Of a stretch of DNA of 32,000 bases, positions 26,588 to 32,000 are shown piece after piece. Position numbers and translations under genes: made by a program. The notes under the pieces were generated by a model. The model saw only the letters and a program-made list of their open reading frames with translations. It searched no databases and was not told the DNA's origin. Origin of the DNA: Candidatus Electronema halotolerans (GTDB lineage: Bacteria > Desulfobacterota > Desulfobulbia > Desulfobulbales > Desulfobulbaceae); assembly GCA_942493095.1 (NCBI GenBank), contig OW818675.1, positions 1,020,001 through 1,052,000 of the forward strand, in the 5' to 3' direction. Numbering within the stretch: position 1 is the first letter of the stretch; each line of letters starts with the position of its first letter.

Positions 26588-28072
26588 ATGGCTGAGGACA
26601 AGGATTGGCGGCCCGCCGCAGAGCATTCCGGCTGCCTGCTCCGCCTTCAGAGACTGCTGGAGCGGGCGCAGGGGTTCCGCTTGCTCATTCTCTCGCACAA
26701 CCGGCCAAAGTACCGCGACAATTTAATTGCCCGGCTCCGGGAAGCGCAGCCGGACAGCGCAGTGCTTGATCTCAGGCAGCTCGGCAGCTTGGCCGCTTTT
26801 GAGGACGCGCTGGCCCAACAGCAAGTACGGCAGGTGCATCTGCTCAATCTGGAAAGCCTGCGCAAGGAACAGCGGCAGGATTTCTTCAAAGGACTCAACT
26901 ACCACCGCGAGCACATTGCCCGCACCTGCGGCGGCTTTCTGCTTGTCTGGCTGCCAGAGCATCTGATTGCCAAGCTGGCGGTTGAGGCGGCGGATTTCTG
27001 GGCATGGCGGGAGCAGGTATTTGATTTTATTTTGCCGAAAGAGCCGGAGAAGAGGCGTTATACTTCCTTGGTTGACACTGCAAATCTTGATAGGTCCGCG
27101 AAGCAGAAAAGAATTCATGAAATTAAGGAGTTTCTGTCTAACTCTTCTGACCAAGCAAGCCTTACCAATGCAGACCTTAAAGAAGAATTGGGCATCCTGT
27201 TCAAGTCGATTGGCGAATATGAACAGGCAGAATATATGATGAAAGAGGCAATAAAAGAATATACTGAGTTGGATGAGGCGGAATCTTGCGCCAAGACTAA
27301 ATTTGTTTTAGCCAGCTTGCTGACAGCCAAAGGTGATTATGAGCAGGCTATGAAACTGCTTAAAGAACAGATTCTGCCAGTGCTTCGTCAATTAAAAAAA
27401 GATGTTGAAGAGGCTTTGGCAATGGGACAGGTAGCAGACATCCTTGAGACAAGAGGAAAACTGGATGAAGCCTTGGAAATTAGAAAAAAGAAGGAACTCC
27501 CTGTTTACAAACGTTTTGGGCTTGAGAGGCTGAAAGCCTTTGCGATGGGAAAAATAGCAGATATTTTAGTAGCTCGTGGCGAATTTGATAAAGCTCTCAG
27601 GATATGGAGACAAGAAGGCCTCCCAATTTATGAGCGTCTTGGAGATGTGCGGGAGAAAGCTGTAACTATGGGAAGAATAGCAGATGTCCTTCAGTTTCGC
27701 GGCCAATTTGATGAAGCCCTTAAAATTCGAGAACAAGAAGAACTGCCGGTTTATGAACGTCTTGGAGATATACGAGAGCAAGCTGTAACTAAAGGAAAGA
27801 TCGCAGATATTCTTTGGTTCTGTGGTCACGCTGATGAAGCTCTTAGAATTAGAGAACAGGAAGTTTTACCAGTTTTTGAGCATCTTGGAGATACGCAAAA
27901 CTTAATGTTTGGTCGAGTCAATTTCGCAATTTTACTTCATGATATGGATACAATTGCCAATAGAGTTAAAATTGACAAGCTGCTGCGCCTTGCCTTGGCT
28001 GATGCCAAGCGGCTCAAACTGCCGAGAGAGATTGAATGGATTGAGAGCATCATGCAAAAGGTGGCAGCGTAG
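26588..28072 (+). CDS. TPR protein with N-terminal inactive-STAND (iSTAND)-like domain
   Basis: N-terminus 'GFRLLILSHNRPKYRDNLIARLREA...GGFLLVWLPEHLIAKLAVEAADFWAWREQVFDF' lacks a Walker A; C-terminus has 41-aa TPR units 'MGKIADILVARGEFDKALRIWRQEGLPIYERLGDVREKAVT'. Confidence 0.78.
   Translation: MAEDKDWRPAAEHSGCLLRLQRLLERAQGFRLLILSHNRPKYRDNLIARLREAQPDSAVLDLRQLGSLAAFEDALAQQQVRQVHLLNLESLRKEQRQDFFKGLNYHREHIARTCGGFLLVWLPEHLIAKLAVEAADFWAWREQVFDFILPKEPEKRRYTSLVDTANLDRSAKQKRIHEIKEFLSNSSDQASLTNADLKEELGILFKSIGEYEQAEYMMKEAIKEYTELDEAESCAKTKFVLASLLTAKGDYEQAMKLLKEQILPVLRQLKKDVEEALAMGQVADILETRGKLDEALEIRKKKELPVYKRFGLERLKAFAMGKIADILVARGEFDKALRIWRQEGLPIYERLGDVREKAVTMGRIADVLQFRGQFDEALKIREQEELPVYERLGDIREQAVTKGKIADILWFCGHADEALRIREQEVLPVFEHLGDTQNLMFGRVNFAILLHDMDTIANRVKIDKLLRLALADAKRLKLPREIEWIESIMQKVAA
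27422..27913 (+). repeat. Four in-register 123 bp (41-aa) TPR-coding repeats
   Basis: Equivalent codons start at 27422, 27545, 27668 and 27791, exactly 123 nt apart. Confidence 0.88.
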
Positions 28073-28080
28073 TGCAAACC

Positions 28081-29115
28081 ATGACACCGTGGCAGGAACA
28101 ACTGCAACATGCTATCACGGACAGCGCAGGACTGCGCCGCGCCTTGGGCTGCGAAGTCCCAGAGGCGGTCATCGCCCGCTATCCGATGCGGATTTCTCCC
28201 TATTATCTGGATTTGATCCGGCAGGCGGGCGAGCCGCTCTTCCGGCAGGCTGTGCCTGATCTGCGCGAGTTGGAAGACCCGGTCGGCATGGATGATCCGC
28301 TCGGCGAAGAAAACCTGAGTCCGGTTCCTAATCTGGTGCATAAATACCCGGACCGGGTGCTGCTCTTGGTCAGCGGCCAATGCGCCATGTACTGCCGCTT
28401 CTGCACCCGCAAGCGCAAGGTCGGCCAAGCGGCTCTGCGCTTCAGCGAGGAACATTTTGCCGCTGCGTTGGACTACCTGCGTCGCACTCCGACGGTGCGG
28501 GAAGTGCTGATCTCCGGCGGCGACCCGCTGCTGCTGCCGGACGAGCGGCTGGAAGAGATTCTCCGGCGGCTGCGGGAAGTGAACAGCATTGAGGTCATCC
28601 GCATTGGCACCCGCACACCCTGCACCCTGCCGATGCGCATCACGCCGGAGCTGTGCGCCATGCTGCGCCAGTTTCATCCGCTGTACCTCAACACCCATTT
28701 CAACCACCCGGCAGAACTGACTGCGGCAGCGGCCCGCGCCTGCACCCAGCTTGCGGACGCAGGCATTCCGCTCGGCTGCCAGACCGTGCTGCTCAAAGGG
28801 GTGAACGACTCTGCCGAGGTGCTGCGGGAACTGTTCTGCGGGCTGCTGCGTCTGCGGGTCAGGCCCTACTATCTCATGCAGGCTGATCTGACCAAGGGCA
28901 CCAGCCATTTCCGCACCCCGGTCAAGGCTGGCCTTGCGATCATGCGCCAGATGATCGGCACGGTTTCCGGCATGGCGGTGCCCAAGTTTGTCTTGGATGC
29001 GCCGGGCGGCAAGGGCAAGATTCCTCTCAGCCCGGATTACATCATGGCCATGCAGGACGGACGGCTCGACTTTGTCAACTATCAGGGGCTGCCCTGTTCG
29101 TATCCTTTGGAATAA
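28081..29115 (+). CDS. KamA-family radical SAM protein (lysine 2,3-aminomutase-like)
   Basis: 'YPDRVLLLVSGQCAMYCRFCTRKRKVG', 'VREVLISGGDPLLLPDERLEEIL', 'IGTRTPCTLPMRI', 'LNTHFNHPAEL'. An alternative GTG start at 28072 overlaps the upstream stop codon. Confidence 0.88.
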   Translation: MTPWQEQLQHAITDSAGLRRALGCEVPEAVIARYPMRISPYYLDLIRQAGEPLFRQAVPDLRELEDPVGMDDPLGEENLSPVPNLVHKYPDRVLLLVSGQCAMYCRFCTRKRKVGQAALRFSEEHFAAALDYLRRTPTVREVLISGGDPLLLPDERLEEILRRLREVNSIEVIRIGTRTPCTLPMRITPELCAMLRQFHPLYLNTHFNHPAELTAAAARACTQLADAGIPLGCQTVLLKGVNDSAEVLRELFCGLLRLRVRPYYLMQADLTKGTSHFRTPVKAGLAIMRQMIGTVSGMAVPKFVLDAPGGKGKIPLSPDYIMAMQDGRLDFVNYQGLPCSYPLE

Positions 29116-29118
29116 CAG

Positions 29119-30228
29119 ATGAACCCGCCGCATCCTGTCCGCATCGGCTGCTGCATCACGCCGCACGGTTTTGGCCACGCCGCCCGCGCCTGCGCCGTGC
29201 TGGAAGCCTTGGCCGCCCGCCTGCCGATTCATTGTCAGATTGTCAGCACGGTTCCAGAGTGGTTTTTCCGGCAATCGCTGACCGCGCCCTTCACCCTCCA
29301 TCCGCTGCTGACCGATGTTGGCCTGGCCCAGCATGATTCCTTGCGGGAAGACATTGATCTGACGCTGGCCCGGCTGGATGCCTTGTATCCGCTCCGGCCT
29401 GCATTGCTCCGGCAGACTGCGGCCCTGCTCGCAGACTGCCGCCTGATTCTCTGCGATATTGCCCCGCTTGGCATTGCCGCTGCTGAACTGGCCCGCAAGG
29501 ATTTGGGTTCAACCGTGCAGTCCGTGCTGCTGGAAAATTTCACGTGGGACTGGATTTATCAGGGCTATGCGGAACAGCGGCCTGCTTTGCGTCGGCATAT
29601 TGACTGCTTGCGCGAGCTGTTCAGCCGGGCGGATCATCATCTTCAGGCCGAGCCAGTCTGCGCGCCCAGCAAAGCTGACTTGCGCATTCCGCCCATAGCC
29701 CGCTCACTGCGGCAGGAACGAAAAGCTGTCCGCAAGCAACTGGGCCTGCCGGAGACCGTCAAACTGGTCTTGGTGACTATGGGTGGAATTGCTGGCACTG
29801 CCCTGCCGCTCAAGCGAATGGCGGCAATGGCGCAGGACTGCTCGTTTCTGCTGGCTGGACAGCCAGTTGACGCGCTGACCGGGCAGGGAAATCTGTATTT
29901 TTTGCCGCAGAACAGCGGCTTCTGGCATCCAGACCTGATTGCGGCCTGCGATGCGGTGGTGGGAAAAATCGGTTATTCAACCTTGGCGGAAGCCTTTCAG
30001 GCGGGAATTCCCTACGGCGCAGTCTGCCGCCCGCGCTTCCGGGAATCAGAGGTGCTGGCCGCCTTTGCAGAACAGGCAATGCCCGCTCTGCTGATCAGCG
30101 AGGAGCAGTTCCAGCACAGCGGCTGGCTCAACCTGCTGCCGGAACTGCTTGCCCTCCGGCCCAAAAACACGCCGCCGGAAAACGGCGCACCAGCGGCGGC
30201 AGAGTTTCTACGCAGACTCCTGCTCTGA
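29119..30228 (+). CDS. Glycosyltransferase-like protein (GT-B fold, MurG-like)
   Basis: 'IGCCITPHGFGHAARACAVLEAL', 'LVLVTMGGIAG', 'ACDAVVGKIGYSTLAEAFQAGIPYG'. Confidence 0.72.
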   Translation: MNPPHPVRIGCCITPHGFGHAARACAVLEALAARLPIHCQIVSTVPEWFFRQSLTAPFTLHPLLTDVGLAQHDSLREDIDLTLARLDALYPLRPALLRQTAALLADCRLILCDIAPLGIAAAELARKDLGSTVQSVLLENFTWDWIYQGYAEQRPALRRHIDCLRELFSRADHHLQAEPVCAPSKADLRIPPIARSLRQERKAVRKQLGLPETVKLVLVTMGGIAGTALPLKRMAAMAQDCSFLLAGQPVDALTGQGNLYFLPQNSGFWHPDLIAACDAVVGKIGYSTLAEAFQAGIPYGAVCRPRFRESEVLAAFAEQAMPALLISEEQFQHSGWLNLLPELLALRPKNTPPENGAPAAAEFLRRLLL

Positions 30229-30411
30229 GCCAGTCTTTTTCAGACTGCGGCGGGCCGTCTCCTCGTTGATCACCCGGATGCGCTCGGCCAGCTCCTCGCT
30301 GACCACCATCCGGCCCTCCAGCACACAGCCTTTGCGGGCTGGAACGCATTCGCCGGAGAGCCTTTTGCAGCGGTTGGCGGCGATATCGTAATTTTTGCAG
30401 TGAAAAGTCAT
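30208..30411 (-). CDS. Small cysteine-containing hypothetical protein
   Basis: 67 aa 'MTFHCKNYDIAANRCKRLSGECVPARKGCVLEGRMVVSEELAERIRVINEE'; cysteine pattern looks constrained. Confidence 0.5.
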   Translation of the reverse strand: MTFHCKNYDIAANRCKRLSGECVPARKGCVLEGRMVVSEELAERIRVINEETARRSLKKTGSEQESA

Positions 30412-30435
30412 TGCGTTACAGCTCCGCCCGGCTGA

Positions 30436-30807
30436 TCAGCTCTTCTTTGCCTCCCGCTCCATTTTTTCCAGTATCTCAATGAAGCGGTTGCAGGTGTCTT
30501 TGAAATTTTGCAGCATCTTTTTGCCATCCTCGCTCATGCGCTGTTCTTTGGAGGTGTTCAGCATCTTTTTAATGCTTTCATGCACATCTTGATGGAGTTT
30601 TTCCATCGCATGCACCTCTGGGAAGGCGGCCAAGTGCTGCATTCCTTCTTGATCATAAAGCCATTTGCCGAAATCACAGCGGGTATGATCCGGCACATCG
30701 CTGGGGTTCAGGTTCTCCACCCCATAGAAAAAATCCACTAACTTGGACTGCCAGTTGAGATGAGCAATAATGGCAGCCTGAATGTCCATGGTGTCTAAGG
30801 TGCTCAT
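30436..30807 (-). CDS. Stand-alone CZB (chemoreceptor zinc-binding) domain protein
   Basis: 'AAIIAHLNWQSKLVDFFYG...DHTRCDFGKWLYDQEG...FPEVHAMEKLHQDVHESI' carries CZB-type His/Cys ligands. Confidence 0.82.
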   Translation of the reverse strand: MSTLDTMDIQAAIIAHLNWQSKLVDFFYGVENLNPSDVPDHTRCDFGKWLYDQEGMQHLAAFPEVHAMEKLHQDVHESIKKMLNTSKEQRMSEDGKKMLQNFKDTCNRFIEILEKMEREAKKS

Positions 30808-30938
30808 GTTTTCTCCTCAAGAGTATTTTTTGCAAGCACGGCTTCTTTGTTTTGATCATAACATGGACAGGCCGCTTCTGTCAACAAATCTTGCGTTTTC
30901 AAACGCATATACCACAGCGTCGGCGCGGAGCCGCTTCC

Positions 30939-31238
30939 TCACCCCCCTGCCTGTTCGGCGACTTTTTTTTCCAGATGTTCCAGCAGTTCAACTAACTGGT
31001 CGCATTCCTTCCTGAACCGGTCCATGACTTCCTGACCAGCAGTGCCCATTCGCATGTCTTTGGGCATGGCCACCAGCTCTTTGATGCCGTCATGCACATT
31101 TTCATGCAAGGTCTCCAAGGTGCTGATTTCTGGAAAATGAGCAAGTTCTTTCAGTCCCTTGGAGTAGAGCCACTTGCCAAAATCACAGCTTGTGTGATCC
31201 GACACATCTGAAGCGTTCAGCTCTTCCACGCCATAAAG
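30939..31238 (-). pseudogene. 5'-truncated second CZB domain gene
   Basis: '(HL)YGVEELNASDVSDHTSCDFGKWLYSKGLKELAHFPEISTLETLHENVHDGIKEL' parallels 30436-30807 but lacks the ~29 N-terminal residues including the HxxW segment; an in-frame TGA and the inverted-repeat element lie upstream. Confidence 0.65.
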
Positions 31239-31424
31239 GTGAATTCAAGTTCCAAGTGCAACTTTTTTTGGTTGCAAGAAAAGGCAGTTACGGGAGTGTC
31301 ACAACTTTGCTTTTGTCGCTAACTAAGAGAAAATAATTGAAAATTTACATGAAGTATTCAAAGTGCCAGCCAACCTATGCTTTTTGGATAACCAAAAAAA
31401 GTTGCACTTGCGAGTTGAATCCAC
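31239..31424. mobile_element. MITE-like non-autonomous element, ~186 bp with 35 bp terminal inverted repeats
   Basis: Left GTGAATTCAAGTTCCAAGTGCAACTTTTTTTGGTT (31239-31273); reverse complement of right 31390-31424 is GTGGATTCAACTCGCAAGTGCAACTTTTTTTGGTT; 31 of 35 identical. Interior has no credible ORF. Confidence 0.72.
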
Positions 31425-31779
31425 ACTAACCAATTGGTATCACATAATTTTCGAGATAGCAACACTCAACAGGGGCACCACCCGATTTTGTCAACCACAG
31501 AAAAACTCGGAGAGCCCACATTTTTCTTATAATTTATTTTACTATGTGTCTCGGTCGTTTGCCAGCCCAACTCAAAAATCTGTGTCAAATAATCACACCT
31601 TTCCGCTCCAGCCTGCTCTTATCCCATTTTCCGATATTTCAAAATCATCCGGGTCTTGACAGTTATGCGCTTATCATTTGAATCCGACTTGCATCCAAAT
31701 TATATGCAGTGAAACCGTGAATTTTATTTTTTACACCTCATTAAAAAAATAATACCTTGCATGTATTTTACTCGTAAAT

Positions 31780-31831
31780 TTGACAACCATGCTCTTTTCA
31801 TCTATACTGTAAATAAGAACCATTCTTAATA
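31780..31831 (+). promoter_or_regulatory. Candidate promoter with palindromic operator-like site
   Basis: TTGACA (31780-31785) and TATACT (31806-31811), spacing 20; adjacent palindrome TAAGAA-CCA-TTCTTA (31817-31831), then ATAAGAAT. Confidence 0.35.
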
Positions 31832-31880
31832 AGAATCTGCTTGAAAAAACAGGTTGCAGATTACACAGGAGGAGACCTTC

Positions 31881-32000
31881 ATGAAAACATTTATCAGCGC
31901 CTTGTGCGCAGCAGCTATTCTTCTTGTTTCCAGTTCAGCCTACGCAGTTGATGTAGAGAAAAACTGCCTCAGAGGCGATGCGAAAACTGTGGATGAGGCT
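31881..32000 (+). CDS. Start of a secreted protein, truncated by the window edge
   Basis: RBS AGGAGG then 'MKTFISALCAAAILLVSSSAYAVDVEKNCLRGDAKTVDEA...' with a clear signal peptide. Confidence 0.65.
   Translation, partial: MKTFISALCAAAILLVSSSAYAVDVEKNCLRGDAKTVDEA

Noticed and set aside
27422-27913. Regular direct repeats as a possible CRISPR-like array
   Set aside because: Units are 123 nt, in frame and diverged throughout; they encode TPRs, with no repeat-spacer alternation and no cas genes.
27937-29334. 465-aa minus-strand ORF
   Set aside because: Antisense to the radical SAM gene with conserved CxxxCxxC; no recognisable domain.
31363-31659. 98-aa plus-strand ORF extending out of the inverted-repeat element
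   Set aside because: No RBS or family signature and composed partly of inverted-repeat sequence; likely chance ORF, not a transposase.
1-32000. tRNA, rRNA, prophage, retron or toxin-antitoxin loci
   Set aside because: No sequence pattern or ORF supporting any of these was recognised; no tool-based scan could be run.

Overview
This 32 kb window is a gene-dense, mostly GC-rich bacterial chromosome segment. I infer a Desulfobacterota-like Gram-negative from futalosine-pathway mqnD, pilRS-like regulators and family style; no marker gene confirms this. Housekeeping content includes dsbC-like, mqnD, mobB-mobA fusion, shikimate kinase, aroA, ppnP, an orphan livG, LolB-like and TPR lipoproteins, and three signalling modules. 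No tRNA, rRNA, CRISPR array or intact transposase was seen. The most interesting part is a co-directional run at about 22.8-28.1 kb. It encodes a ROC-less LRR protein, a 'GNAVAVWQQSDG' beta-propeller-like repeat protein, a P-loop ATPase, and a TPR protein whose N-terminus resembles the inactive-STAND type. The last two genes are 3 nt apart and are a candidate NTP-dependent conflict or sensing system. Other notable items are a ~186 bp MITE-like element with 35 bp inverted repeats abutting a truncated CZB gene, two copies of a GGGGC(A/G)AAA hairpin with a 20 bp direct repeat, a CxxCH motif in a DsbC-like protein, an altered H-box in a hybrid kinase, an altered Walker A in a shikimate kinase, and an AT-rich eptA-like gene. 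Start codons, families and functions were inferred by eye with no database search.
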